From: Strigamia acuminata
Taxonomy: Eukaryota
DNA: 64,000 nucleotides
Direction: 5' to 3'
Assembly (NCBI GenBank): GCA_949358305.1
Contig: OX442314.1
Span: 9,920,001-9,984,000 of the forward strand
Both the position numbers and the translations under genes were made by a program. The notes beneath the pieces were generated by a model. It was given only the letters and a program-made list of their open reading frames with translations. It had not been told where the DNA came from and ran no database searches. Positions 11,412 through 24,967 of this stretch are shown here, piece after piece. Positions within the stretch are counted from its first letter, which is position 1, and each line of letters opens with the position of its first letter.

Positions 11412-13189
11412 GAATTTTTCCAAATCGTCAGTTGATTGTGGCGTAGGTGTGCACGAAACAAATAACGTCCTAAAGGGTTAATGCTTGCTCGACCTGGGTG
11501 TGTTGTTGACCCCGGTTTTGGCGGGAAACTAAATGGGAAAATTCTCTTCGGATTTTTTTTCTAAAAAATCTCGTGTGAAATTTATTATTTTTTAAATAAA
11601 AAAAAAATTGATATAAATTTTAGGTCATTGAATATGTATCGGCCATTTTGGAATTTTTGTTTTTTTGTAAAAAAAAAAAAAAAAAAAAATTGGCGGTAAT
11701 TTTTTTTTTTTTTTTGGGGGGGATTTTTTTTTTTGTGTGGTGATTTCAACACGAAACGTGAATAAAACGAGTATAAAACGAATGTGAAGTTTCTATCTTT
11801 TTATCTTTTTATTATATTTGAGATTTTCATATTTCCCGTGACCTCAATTTGTTCAGCCACACTAACCGCGGTGCCATTGTCTTCGTATATGGAATTGCAT
11901 TTATGATCGCGAGAATATGAGTGTTGCAATGGGAATTTTCACAGACAAATTTTTTTTTTGATTTTTATTAAAATAAAAAGAAATATATAAAAAAAAAAAA
12001 TTTTACCGCAACAAGGCGCAAATGTCTATAGCGACAAATGTAATTTTGAAAAAATTAATTAAAAAATTAATTATAAGATTGGAAAGTAGACTTTTCTGGT
12101 GTAGTTTTTGGTCTACTTTCCAATTGATATGATAAAATTGATATTAAGAGAGAGAAAATGCTGATTTACGGCGAAATGTAAGCAAACCGGAGCGCCACCT
12201 GGCGGAACCCGTGTCTTTTAATGGATGCCAAAATGTTCGCCTCGATACGAATGTTGATGATTTCGGTACTAAAAAAGGATTTATAAATTCTGAAACCAGG
12301 CTCATTCGATTGGAAATTGCATTCTACACAGGCCTGTGTATTTCTTTTTTCGAGTGTAGTCAGCGACCGCGTGGCAAATCTAGTGGGAAATTTGAATTCG
12401 ACCGTCAAAAAAGCAAAAATATGAAAAATGAACCGATTAGAATGTTTAAAATATGTTTCTTGTGCAGAATTTGCCGCTCTTTCGTCGGGTGCCAATAGTT
12501 TTTTTTATCAGCAGTTCAGTTTTTTTTTTTTTTTTTTTTTTTTAAACGATCTGTTATTTGTCAAAATTTTAGTCTGGATTCCAATTTCGCAGGGATACAG
12601 CATAAAAGCTTGTTTTATTTTTTAATTTTCATTTTTTGGCTCTTTCTTTATTATTTGCAAAAGCATGATTCTCCGTTAAGATAACCACCATATTGACATC
12701 TTGCGTTGCAATCTGCAATCGTCGTAGCCGACATTGCTAAGGAGAATATAACATGTCAATGCCCAGTAATGAGGGAATTATTTGTATAATATAACTTACC
12801 AATGCTGCACAACAGAATACCGAGGAAAAAGATGAAGAGATATTTCATTTTCGACGTATGACATAAATAGAAGAAATAAGTTGAGTGGCGCTTGTGGAAG
12901 AACTTGTTGCTGGATGTGAGTGTCGTAGTTGCGATACGGTTTATATAGGGATATGTTTAATGGGCACGTGTGGATGGAGTTTAATTAATTCTATTCAATT
13001 TATTTTGTGGGGTACTATAAATTTTTATATTTTATTTAATTAAAATGGATAGCTGATTGCCAGAATCAATATTTAAAAGCAATAAGAAAAATGCAGTAAA
13101 AGTTTAGTCGACACGAGGCAAAATTTTTCAAGGTTTTAGATATTTTTGAAAGTTTTAAGGTTTTTTGATAGTTTTTTTTTTGTTTTTGT

Positions 13190-13725
13190 TTGAGATTTTG
13201 TTAGATTTTTTTGAGATTTTGTGAATTTTTTTTAAAATTATAGACTTTTTTTAAATGTTTAAACTTTTTTTTTTAGATTTTTAACTTTTTTTTTAAAACA
13301 TTTGACTTTTTTTGAGATTTTGTGACATTGTTTAAAATTTCAGACTTTTTTTTTAAATGTTTAAACTTTTTTTAAATGTTTAAACTTTTTTTTTAAAAAG
13401 ATTTTAGACTTTTTTTTAAAAATTTAGACTTTTTTTTAAAAATTTAGACTTTTTTTTAAAAATTTAGACTTTTTTTTAAAAATTTAGACTTTTTTTTTAA
13501 AATTTTAGACTTTTTTTTTAAAATTTTAGACTTTTATAAAAAAAAAATTAGACTTTTTTTTGAGATTTTGTAAATTTTTTTAAAATTTTAGACTTTTTAT
13601 TAAAATTTTAGACTTTTTTTTAAAATTTTAGACTTTTTTTTTAAAATTTTAGAATTTTTTTTAAAATTTTAGACTTTTTTTTTAGATTTTGTGAAATTTT
13701 TTAAATTTTTAGACTTTTAGTTTAG
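13190..13725. repeat. AT-rich minisatellite (AAAATTTAGACTTTTTTT)
   Basis: ~20-bp tandem units. Confidence 0.85.
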
Positions 13726-14944
13726 ACTCCGTTAGTTTTCGAGAAAAAATATAAAAACACTTTTGGAGGTCAAAATAGACCCTAGGTTGGGGCGGGGGGG
13801 GCGGTTAACGGAACCTCCTATGACATTACGTATTCACAGGACAACTTCAAATCACGAAATAATTTTTAAATTTAAAAAAAAAATAAAAATAAATAAAAAT
13901 TATTTCTAATTATTTCCCAACATAATTGACTTTTAATTGAAAAACGTCACATTTCCACCTCATCAATTCACCACTCGTCTCCCCGAGGTCCACCATGACG
14001 GACGGATAAATGATGTTCATTTTGACAGCACATCACGTGCCACGTGTAATATCGAATGAACATCATCGCACCCCCCGACAAAGAAAGAAAAAAAAGAAAA
14101 ACACTCCTCCATTCCATTGTAGTCGCAATTGCATTAAGCGAAGCCCCGCGCATGCGTCGAAGCGTGTCATTTTCTCTTTTTCATTCTAATTCCCGTCTTT
14201 TCTTCCTTTCTTCTTTTTCTACGAGTGTAATTAAGTTGCACGTGTGGGCCCAGGTGCGTTGCACTGTAAAAATTATCCACACAATGGATACGAAACAAGA
14301 ATTTAAACATTTCATTTCATGAGGCTCTGCCCCCTCGCCGCGGCCCTCGGCTTCGCTGCGCGGCAAACCAGTTGAGTGAGGCACAAAAAGGACAAATTTG
14401 CCATTCTCTTCTCGCGTAATATATATATATATATTTTTTTTTTGGTCGGGGGTGTTAGTTGATATGATTGGTTCGTGTTGAACCATGCGAGGGTCCGAGG
14501 GTGTGTGGTGCATTGCATTCCAAACGCGACCTGGTGGGCGGTTTTTGGGTTAAAACCTGTTCGGAGTGCACGCGAACTCTTTTCCGGAGATTTTGGAGTT
14601 TGGTGTGGAATTTGTTGCTGGTGGTGTCGGTGTTTGAGATTTTTTTTTTTTTTTTTTTTTTTTTTAGTTTTATTGTTTTTGATTTTTTTTTTGTTAATTT
14701 GAAGTTAGAATTGTTTGTTAGGCAGGTTTGGGTGATTGATTGACCGTCAGACGTCTGGCAATGTGAATGTTGGTTCACACCCTTTGTCTTGAATGGGATT
14801 TTTTTTTCTTTGCTTGTGAGGTGCTGCTTTAATTTACTGGTGTTTTGACATGGAGGCAGTAATAAACTTTGGGGAAACTAAGAATGAGAAGTCGTTTTCA
14901 ATGATTTGTAGTTGATTTTTCTGTGATTTTTGGTTAGTTTTGGT

Positions 14945-15470
14945 TTATTTTCAGTGATTTTCCGTTAAATTTTGATCATTTTTAGTGATTTTCCGTTAAA
15001 TTTTGATCATTTTCAGTGATTTTCCGTAAAATTTTGATCATTTTCAGTGATTTTCGGTTAGATTTAGTTCTTTTTAGTGATTTTCTTTGAGTTTTAGTGA
15101 TTTTCGTTGAGTTTCAGTGATTTTCGTTGAGTTTCAGTGATTTTCTTTGAGTTTCAGTGATTTTCGTTGAGTTTCAGTGATTTTCTTTTGAGTTTCAGTG
15201 ATTTTCTTTGAGTTTCAGTGATTTTCTTTGAGTTTCAGTGATTTTCAGTGATTTTTAGTGATTTTTAGATGTTTTAGTGATATTTATTAAAATATTTAGT
15301 GCTTTTTCCAGGATTTTTCGTTATTTCAATGTTATTTAGTGATTTTTACTGATTTTTATTGATTTTATAGGATTTTTTCATCGATTTTATAGGATTTTTT
15401 TATCGATTTTATAGGATTTTTTTTAGTGATTTTTCTAGATTTTATTAGTGATTTTTAAGATTTATTTGTG
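14945..15470. repeat. Minisatellite (GAGTTTCAGTGATTTTC)
   Basis: ~20-bp tandem units. Confidence 0.85.
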
Positions 15471-16847
15471 ATTTTCTCTTTTCTTGTTTTTTTTCACAGA
15501 TTTTTAGTTTATCAGTGAATTTCATTGCAAACATTTTCTAGTTTGCTTACAAATCATTCCAACCATTTGCAATAAATTACAAATCCAATCATTGAGTGCA
15601 TGGTGATTTCCCAGAATGTCACTTTGATTTATTCCCACAAATTACAAATCCCAAGTAAACGTGTAAAAATTTCCCTTTGGGCAAGAGCGCTTCTGCTAGT
15701 GCCAAAATGCCATCCACTAACACCAGACAGCACTCAAGTTTCTACTCCCAAACAAAATTTCCAATCACAAAACCATCCCTGCAAAACACAGGCAAGCCAA
15801 CCACCAAAAAACACACGAAAAACCCAAGGGGCAGCTAACAGTTTCTGCCAAAAAAAAAAATATTTCTGACTTCATTTTATTTCTCACTTTTAATGACATT
15901 TGGGATTGACATCACATGACATTTTATTAAGTCTGAACAGGACATCTGTTGTCGACTTTGAAAATATATCCAATCAAATGTATCAATTCAATCCTCCAGT
16001 ATCACAATGCTCTTCACATTCCACTCTCCTTCCCTTCAACACAACTTTTTCCCCTCATCTCTTTATGTCTGATTAAATCTTTCATTTTCTCTCTTGCACT
16101 TTAATCTACACTCATCAGATGGCGCTTCAAGCAACTCCAAGAGACCTGTCTTCCAGCATGGGATTTTGATAACTCACTGTGACTATTTCCAACAGATATT
16201 ACTGGTGAAATATATCTCAGGGGTTGTGGAATCAACAGAAAAAAACACATTCACACATAGCCCACACCAAGCAAAAAGCTTGTTTTTGCTGCAATAAAGA
16301 AATAGATTTTCTCTTTGTTGAAATATTAACATCATTCAGAGATCCAGCATTGTGTGGAGGTGGGGAAATATGTTTTTGGGCAATAGGATTGAAGGATTTA
16401 TGGACACAATAGTGGTTTCTGTCACTGCTGAAGCAGTAATTTTTTTGTCCAATGACTGTTAAGAGATGATGGAGGTGTTTGGAAAAGGAAAACAGTTGAT
16501 AGTGATTTTTTCCTTTCGTATTAAAGTGGTTCACAGAGGGGTCCAAACTGCAAATGTTTAATTTCCTGTTTGTTTGGCCATTCAAGTTATTATCTATAAA
16601 GCTAGGTTCAAACTTGTGTTCACACTAGACGCAACGCAACGCAAGGAAAGATTAGTCAAACGCAACGCAGAGTCTGTTCACACTGTAGGGCACGTGGATG
16701 ATCTTGAAGATGACCTCTGAGGTCAAGTTGAATTTCATAATTGGATTTCCCCCTAAATACTACCTTGACAATAATTTTGCTAAATCAACATCTAAAACAG
16801 TTTGGGAATTATTTACTGTGAACCACACTTTTTAGACCACCCTGTAT

Positions 16848-17063
16848 CAGAGATCTGCATTGGGTACCCATACCCGTAACCGTTACCCTACCCATAATAG
16901 GGGTACGGGCGGGTAACGGGTACGGATTTTACGCCAATGCACATCTCTGGCACACGTGATTGCGTTCAGGAACGGGTACGGGTAGGGTAGGGTAGAGAAT
17001 TTTTTCTGGAGACGGGTAACGGGTGGGTAACGGGTAAAGATTTTACGCCAATGTAGATCTCTG
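16848..17063. mobile_element. hAT-like MITE
   Basis: TIR CAGAGATCTGCATTGG / CCAATGTAGATCTCTG; 8-bp TSD CCCTGTAT / CCCTATAT; subterminal ACGGGTA repeats; extra internal right end near 16933-16949. Confidence 0.8.
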
Positions 17064-19408
17064 CCCTATATATGTGAGAGATAGAGAGAGGTAGATGGTG
17101 TTGTCAATCTTGGAGTTTTCAAAGTTTCTTATGACCTCAAGTCTTGGAATGATGATCAAGTAATTACCTGAGCTCTGCAGGGATGTTCTGTCGCTCCAAT
17201 TTTGTCATCATTTTGCTAAAAGAAAAGTTGCAGGAATTATTGCTTGGGGGAGCAGCTGGAATAAGTTTATTCATGGAGAAAAGAGGTAAAATGTGATCTC
17301 TAATGTATGTTATTATAAATGATGAAACATGGGGAAAAGTTAAAGCCAACTGGCAACGGCATGTTTTCTGTCGTGCCACGACTAAAGTTTAGCCGCTTGA
17401 GGATTTCAATGAAGCCGCATCCGAAAAGCCGTTGAGACTAAACAACCTTTTAAACAAGCTGTTGAGATGTAAATGTAGTGTTTATTTGATCTGGTTGGCC
17501 TAACTGAGGGTTTAGTCCATCTAAGGATATGCAAACAACATTTAAACTACAAAACATGTTTAACTGCTATTTTAAACAAGCTTTTCGAATGCAGCTATTT
17601 TTCCAGCAACTTTTGTTGTTCAAATGCTGTCTACAATTTGCATGTAGACTGGTTTAGAAAAATAAACCAGACTAGGTGAATTTTTTAATTCAGCTAGTGT
17701 ACCATGTGGTTAAATGAAGTTGTGCTTCTTTTTGCCCTTAACCCAAAACCTAGAAAATTCTGTGTAAGGTGAATGTGCTAATGAAGCTACTGGCAGAGAA
17801 CTAAGTATTTCTTGGATTGTTGATGTCAATGTTTTACTTAATTCTTAATCAATAAATGTGCTGATTTTGCAATAACTTTAACTGAACGAATGAAAATCTA
17901 AATTACTGGAGATTTCATTCACCCAGGGGTGACCATGAGGAGGCAGAGAGTTGGATTATGATTAAACTCAACGTTTGGGTTTTCGAAGTGGCATATCGGT
18001 TGCAGAATCTTGGAATTTGATATTTTCCTGCAGAATTTGTCGAAAACTTCATAAAAACTCCCACGATTTTATCAAGGGGCTCCATCTTTGCAGGGGGCCC
18101 ATTGATTTCCATAATATTCAATGAGAATCTTTTAAGGGACCACATATGGCCCACCGGTCACACTTTGCCTGATATACGATCACTTCAGCCTAAGTAAGTT
18201 TCTTGACCTCTCTCAGCAGCTTTGGAGAATAGTGAAGTTGTGAGAGTCACAAAGCCTAACTTAAAGGGAGAAGAGAAATGGATTTTGCTAAAGTTTGTAT
18301 AGAAATTTCTTCGGAAGTGTACAGAGATCAGATTGCCGCATGACCGTTTGAGCCGGTGAGTAAGTTTCTTTTCACTTGACATTTGTTGGGTCTTTGGAGA
18401 ATGATGAAGCTGGGAAACCCATTACTATGAGCTTCAACTCTACTGAATCTCTTTTGTCAAGTTTAAGGTGGATGACAGGGAACTATAAATGCTTGCCAAA
18501 GCTTCGTGGTTTTATTTTGTATGGGATATGCGAAATGCATTAAAGGGGTTTAGAAGTCTAAGATGTAATGCTTCCATGCGATTTTCTTGTTTATTTATTT
18601 AATCTATTTCTTTATTCCACTTTTTAGTAACCTCAGTCTAATTCCATATGTAATTACAGCATTTGTCCCCTTTTCCTTTTTTGTAATCGATCTGATCGAT
18701 TGAATTGGCGCCGTCTAGGTGGCGCTGCTGTCATTTTGACTAAGGACGTTGGCTTCAACCCCAGAACTAGACTCTTTCATTAAAGTTATGCCTACCATAT
18801 TATTTTATATTTTTTGCACTAAAAGGAAGAAAGAAAAAACTAATTGGTATCAGTTTACGCTCACTATTAAAGGCAAGCGAGGCGGAAATAATGTGCAATT
18901 AATTTGATTAATTGATCAATTATTTAAATGCTGAATTTTGCAATGAAAATACCTGAAAGTGGAATTTGATGTTGTGCTTGAACTTTTTTTCTTCTTTCTA
19001 TTCTCTTTTGCAGGTTAATTTGTTTGGAAGGTTTTGAGTAGTGTCAGGCTTTAATTAATTTTTGATGAATTTGATGCCGTGCGAGTCGCAATCAAAGTTT
19101 GTGTTGTTGTAGGCCCCTTGAGCTGCTTCATTACCTGATGTTAATTGATTGGTCCGGCGTCCTTTCTCTGATCTCATTAGTTGAGTTTTGTGCTTGAGCT
19201 GTAAAGGCGCGTGCAATCCATTTCGCGCATGCATGCTTTTCGAACTTTGTTGGAGCTTGTTTTAGTAGTTTAATTTGTCGTTGTGAGTGTCGGGTTAGGA
19301 AAATAAAACCAATTATATTCATCTCTGTTAGACATGTCACAAATGTAGTTATTTTGTGTCACCTGGCAAAGTGTATTTGAAATCCCAAATGAGGGTCATC
19401 TGTTTTCG

Positions 19409-19762
19409 TAATACTTTGTTCGCACCAGAAAGTTTGGGCTAGCCCAAAGTTTAAATCTAGTTCTGATTTTTGGTGCAAACGCATCAAGCCCAAAATTATC
19501 TAGTTTAAAATTTTTTTAACTAGATAATTCTAATCCAGTTGTGTGAACTAGATAATTGCCAAAGAATTAGATAACTGCCAAGGTCACTTCCCACAATTCT
19601 GTGCGTAATGTGGACAGTTGATTGTCTATTGGCTGCATGCTAGCCTATATATGTGGCTTTTTGGTGTGAACGCTCTAGCCTGAACTTTTTAAGCTAATAT
19701 ATGGCCAGAACCAGATTTAAACTTTGGGCTAGCCCAAACTTTCTGGTTCGAACAAGGTATTA
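19409..19762. mobile_element. MITE with ~55-bp TIRs
   Basis: TAATACTTTGTTCGCACCAGAAAGTTTGGGCTAGCCCAAAGTTTAAATCT and its near reverse complement ending 19762. Confidence 0.8.
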
Positions 19763-19958
19763 CATCACAGAAGTTAAGCAGCATAGGATGAACGGCTGGG
19801 ACCCTCATTTGTTGTTTCTCATCCTTGTCTGACTAAGATACTGTTTCCAGGAGAAGATATCTACCATCTGCTTCCAACTAGGTTTTCTGTGGTTTTTGCA
19901 GCTCGCAGTGCAAATGCATGGTGGGTCCTTAAGAAATTCCCATGCAAGTATTCCACTA

Positions 19959-20984
19959 ACAAGGGGAGCACATGAATAACACACTCACAGATTGTTGTCA
20001 TATTAAACAAGAAGGATTGTTATATCATGCTGAATGAGACTCTAAAGTAATTTCATTTCATAAACAGCCAACAATGCAAACAATGAGCTCAAAGTTTGCA
20101 CTATTTTGTCTGTGTATGCATCCAATCTGAGCAATCAGGCCTAGTGTATGAATACTGTAAACAACAGTTGCTAGGTAAAAAATAGTTCCAAGATCCAAGT
20201 TCAATTTTATCATTTGAGATTTAATGATGTCATTTCCTCATTTGATATCACATGACATATGACATCAGAACTTTGTTCACCAACATGACTGTCTTCAAGA
20301 AGGCAATAATAGTTTGTAGTGGTGGTGCAGTGGTTAGGCAATGGACTAGGAATCTTTCCACACAGGTTCAAATCCTGCTGTCTGTGAAAATTTTTTACTT
20401 TTATTTTTAATTTTTTTAGCAGTAATTTAATGTTTGTAATTTTATGTTTGTTAAAAAATTAAAATTTTTTTAATTAAAGTTTTCTAAAAACAAACATAAA
20501 ATTACAAACATTAAATTTACTGCTAAAAAAATTAAAAAATAAAAGTAAAAAATTTTCACAGACAGCAGGATTTGAACCTGTGTGGAAAGATTCCTAGTCC
20601 ATTGCCTAACCACTGCACCACCACTACAAACTATTATTGCCTTCTTGAAGACAGTCATGTTGGTGAACAAAGTTCTGATGTCATATGTCATGTGATATCA
20701 AATGAGGAAATGACATCATTAAATCTCAAATGATAAAATTGAACTTGGATCTTGGAACTATTTTTTACCTAGCAACTGTTGTTTACAGTATTCATACACT
20801 AGGCCTGATTGCTCAGATTGGATGCATACACAGACAAAATAGTGCAAACTTTGAGCTCATTGTTTGCATTGTTGGCTGTTTATGGAATGAAATTACTTTA
20901 GAGTCTCATTCAGCATGATATAACAATCCTTCTTGTTTAATATGACAACAATCTGTGAGTGTGTTATTCATGTGCTCCCCTTGT
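19959..20984. repeat. ~1-kb near-perfect inverted repeat (arms ~490 bp, short AT spacer)
   Basis: ACAAGGGGAGCACATG... at 19959 mirrored by ...CATGTGCTCCCCTTGT at 20984; very few differences seen. Confidence 0.95.
20316..20386 (+). pseudogene. tRNA-derived sequence (SINE head or tRNA pseudogene); mirrored copy on the minus strand at ~20556-20627
   Basis: A-box-like TGGTGCAGTGG, B-box GGTTCAAATCC in stem CAGG/CCTG; acceptor and anticodon stems pair poorly. Confidence 0.6.
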
Positions 20985-21029
20985 AAATGACATGCTAAGT
21001 ATCTCACTACGTACACTTATTTCAATTTT

Positions 21030-21330
21030 GTGGTCTGAAGCAGAAGCTAGAACCTGAGGTCTGAACAAGAATCTAGAACCTGAGGAATGAATCAGAAGCT
21101 AGAACCTGTGGTCTTGTCCTGGAGCAGGAATCTGAAAGCCTGGGTTTAGGTCTTGAGGTGTTGGTTCTGAATCTGGAACATGAGGTCTAGGGGTGGAGCA
21201 GGAACCTGAGATTTTGACCCTGAAGCAGGAGTCTAAGGTTTTAGGCCTGGGGCTGCAATCTGAAGTCTTTGGCTTAGAGATAGGACCTGAGGTTTTGGGC
21301 CTAGGCAGAACCTGAGAATAAGATCCAAGG
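21030..21330. repeat. Degenerate tandem repeat (AGAACCTGAGG core)
   Basis: Recurrent GAACCTGAGGTC-like units. Confidence 0.6.
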
Positions 21331-21789
21331 TTTGGGGCTTGGGTGGTATAACTCTAGGGGATAACTTTTGGAGGCCATGGACCCCTCATTGGTACCCTAA
21401 AGTTTTGGAGCTGGTGTAAAATGAATTATTCTGTTTAAATACTTTTTGACTTGTGGATATAATGTCATAGTTATTTTTGAAAAAAATTAACAATTTTACA
21501 ACACTTTTTTGCCTTTTAAAACACACTTTCCAGCATTGCAGTTGTGCAATTAGTGTCTCAAATAGAGATGATTACCAGCCACTTGTAATGTAAGCAACCA
21601 AGCTAATCCATCACAAAGAAACTTGCTCTTATGAATCAAACGCCTGACTAAACAAAATTAAAGGTTTTCAGCTGTTTCCTTGGTTTCTGGTGCAAATGCA
21701 AGGTTGGGTACTCAACAAAATCATTCCACAGAATGATCTTTTCTTAAACTAATTATCCAGACAGTCAAGTTAAAAACAAATTCAATTTC

Positions 21790-21885
21790 TGTATTTATTC
21801 GATTAAGAGTCGCTTTTGAATTGTGGCCGCCCTCGAGTTTTTGCGCCATCTGATGGTTGGAGTTGAAAATACTCATTCTGCCCGC
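21790..21885 (+). repeat. Dispersed repeat, second copy at ~24104-24234
   Basis: Shared GATTAAGAGTCGC and TTTTGCGCCATCTG..GTTGGAGTTGAAAATA..CATTCTGCCCGC blocks. Confidence 0.7.
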
Positions 21886-24800
21886 GAATTGGCATGTCGC
21901 GCCAACCAATCTCGCGAGTAGTAAGCATCATCCGAATACGGTACGTTACGTACCAAATACGACATTGCACCAATTACAATTAAGAGCCGCGGCTCAGAGA
22001 GCCAGTTTTAAATTGAAAAAATTCGGTAATGTTTTCTTTAATCATCTCCTCCATAATTAGATCAGAGGCAGAGTTTTGCACATGCTTGGTAAATTGTTTC
22101 TGAAGTCTCTTCAATGAGAAGCCACTTTTCCTCAAGGCAAACAATTAGTGATTTTTCGAAAAAACTAAATCCATAAGGCCTTCATTGTTTGTCTGTGTAC
22201 CGTGTGTGGGTGTGTTAGATAATTGGTCGTCGGGAGCCAAACAAAGTGTCAAAAAACTCCCTTGTGCCTCCAAGATGTTTGTTCATTTCAAGTGAAATAA
22301 ATACACAGAACTGGGTGTTTGCGGATTGCTTTGCTACTAAAACATTGCGGGCATCCAAATAGAATTATGGAACATTTATGTCTATGAATTCTGCCCACTT
22401 TTCTGCCAGATGGGAACCAATAACAGAAAAGATGAATTTTCAGCTCTGAAATTTTTCTTCTATTGAAACCTTTCTGTCGAGTTATTCAGTCAAGTCAACA
22501 ACATTAAAGCCTAGTACTCATGACACCATTCTGTCTTTGGAATGGTAACAGGAATCAAAGTCTTAAGTTTTCTGCCAAGGGTGGTACTCATAAAAATATT
22601 GTTTAGACTCTGAATCACCCTTGCATGTGGAAACGAATTGTTTTCCGCCCCAATGGTGCACGGAAAAATTTAATTGTTTCAGACTCTGAATAAATTTTGT
22701 TTACCCAGAATTTTCTTGTTTTTCATCTAAAATTTGCAACTGGTCACAACCGGTTGCAAACAAAGACACCCAACTACTACAATTGAACACGTTTGTTTTT
22801 CTAATTTCTGCAACCCCATGATGACATATACACACCACCGACAGCAGCCAGTATTAAACCCAAAGAAACATCTTCATAGTCATCTTCAGCCTCAGATAAG
22901 TCGGACAAAGCTTCATTGTCATTGCCAGCCATTTGCAAAACAAGCAACAATGACTCACACAGTTTAAGAGTGCGGAAACTTTCTGGTGACAATTTCATGA
23001 GTACCACAAATTTATCAGACTCTGAATAAAAAGAGGATAAAACATTCTGCTTGAAATGGTGCTGTTGAAAAATTAAGACTGTAAAAATATTTAGACTCTG
23101 AAAGCTTATGAGTACTAGGTTTAAGACAGAAAGTTTCTGAAACAAATGAACCAGGAAGTTCACGAGAGATTTCCTGCTTAGCCGGTTGCTGGCAGTCTAC
23201 AAAACAACATGGTATTGCCAATGCTGAGAATCCAATGATTTCCCTAAAGCTTAATTCAGGCAAAACACACAAACCCTTTGACCTTTAAATTAATCCGGAC
23301 TGGAACAAAAGCAAAGCAATTTGAGTTGAATTGTGGAAGGCTTTTGTGGTTGAGGGTTTTGTTTTGGAAGTTGGAGGGAGTGAATCTCATCATCCCTTGG
23401 CGTGTTCTGGGTGAAGGATTTAACGGTGTCCCTTTCAACTCAGTCAGGAAGGAGAGGAGAGGACAGGAAAGAGTTAGAGACGCTAAGACGTGCCTTTGAG
23501 GTGTACTTTGATCTTTTTCCTTCCTATTTATCGATTGGAATTTCTTTGCTTAAACTTTTCGGTCGAAAGCGATTCAGTTTGACGGTTGAAGTCATCTTTT
23601 TAAGCTGAATTATATCTGTAATTTATGATGATGGTAAGCGAGAACAAACTGCTAATACTCCCCATTTGGTTTTAATTAAGAAGGTTTAAATTACTGCCTA
23701 ATTTGCATAGTTGAAATTAATGTGCGGAAAGGAAAGATAGGAGTTGCCAATTGGCTGCATTTCTGTGACATTTGGTAACCAAATATTAGTTTACTGAAAC
23801 AGATTTTTTGGTTGGGTGTTCGCTGTTCGGTAGTCGGTCGATGAGTTTGCAGTTTGTGTGACCAGATGCTAAAAATCAGACAAAAGGTCAGTTTGCTGGT
23901 CAGCTATTAACAAGAAAGTGCTGTTGTCATAGGAATAGCCGAAGGTAGCGGCATCACCTTCCTCTATGGCATTGGGTGAAGTCAAAGGTATACAGCAAGA
24001 ATCAATAAAGGGAGGAAGTGCTTAACTTGTAAGTCAATGCTTCTTAACTGCTGGTAAATTCAGCCTTTGGGGATGCGAGATAGGTTTTCTGGGTGTTTAA
24101 TATTGTATTTAACGATTAAGAGTCGCCCTTGAATTGTAGTTGCTCTTGAATAGCAGCCCAAGAATCAACAGAAAAAATCAACTAGTTTTTGCGCCATCTG
24201 GTAGTTGGAGTTGAAAATAATCATTCTGCCCGCCAAGATCGTCCAGGTAAGGGACATGCGCATGCTCAGAGCATATTTACCAGCACGTCTTTTTGACACA
24301 CCCACTCGTGACAAACGCCACAATACCAGGGGAAATCAAAAACTGCGCCATGTTGATTTCCTCGCTAGGATTTACGCCCAATCCACACCTTCCAAGTGTC
24401 GTATGTATATCCCCGAAAGAAAAAATCAAAGGAATTCATAGAATTGCACATAAGTCTGGGTGTATCTATCCACCATTAATCACATTTTCATGCTTTTCTG
24501 ATTTCCCCTGCTCTAATATGCTGCGTAAAGCCGAAGGTATACTACAGCAACAGCGACATAATCGTTGTGGCTTTTTGTAGAGGTTTTGGATCAGAAAATA
24601 AGCCTACACTGTGTAGGAAAAAAAAGAACACGACATTTAATCCTGTGGAACATGGATGCTTGGCAACGAATACATGTGTAAGAGACAACAGTAGCCAGGC
24701 AGCAAAACAATGTGTTAAATGATACAAGTAAGGTGGCACATTTGGTACCTCGCTAAATACACAATTGTAAATGGAAATAAAACATATGAGGCAATATTTA

Positions 24801-24967
24801 AATAAGCACTAATTATAAATTAAAACTAATTAAATATACAAATGCAAAGAACGGAGAACCAAAAGCCGTTAGCTGAAGCGCTTTTTACTCATGCAGCAAA
24901 GCCAGTTTAAAAGTTATGCTGTAGCTTTAAGGGGCAGAATATTTCAATTTAGTATAATTAATTAAAT

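Noticed and set aside
20316..20386. Functional tRNA gene
   Set aside because: Acceptor and anticodon stems do not pair properly; treated as tRNA-derived.
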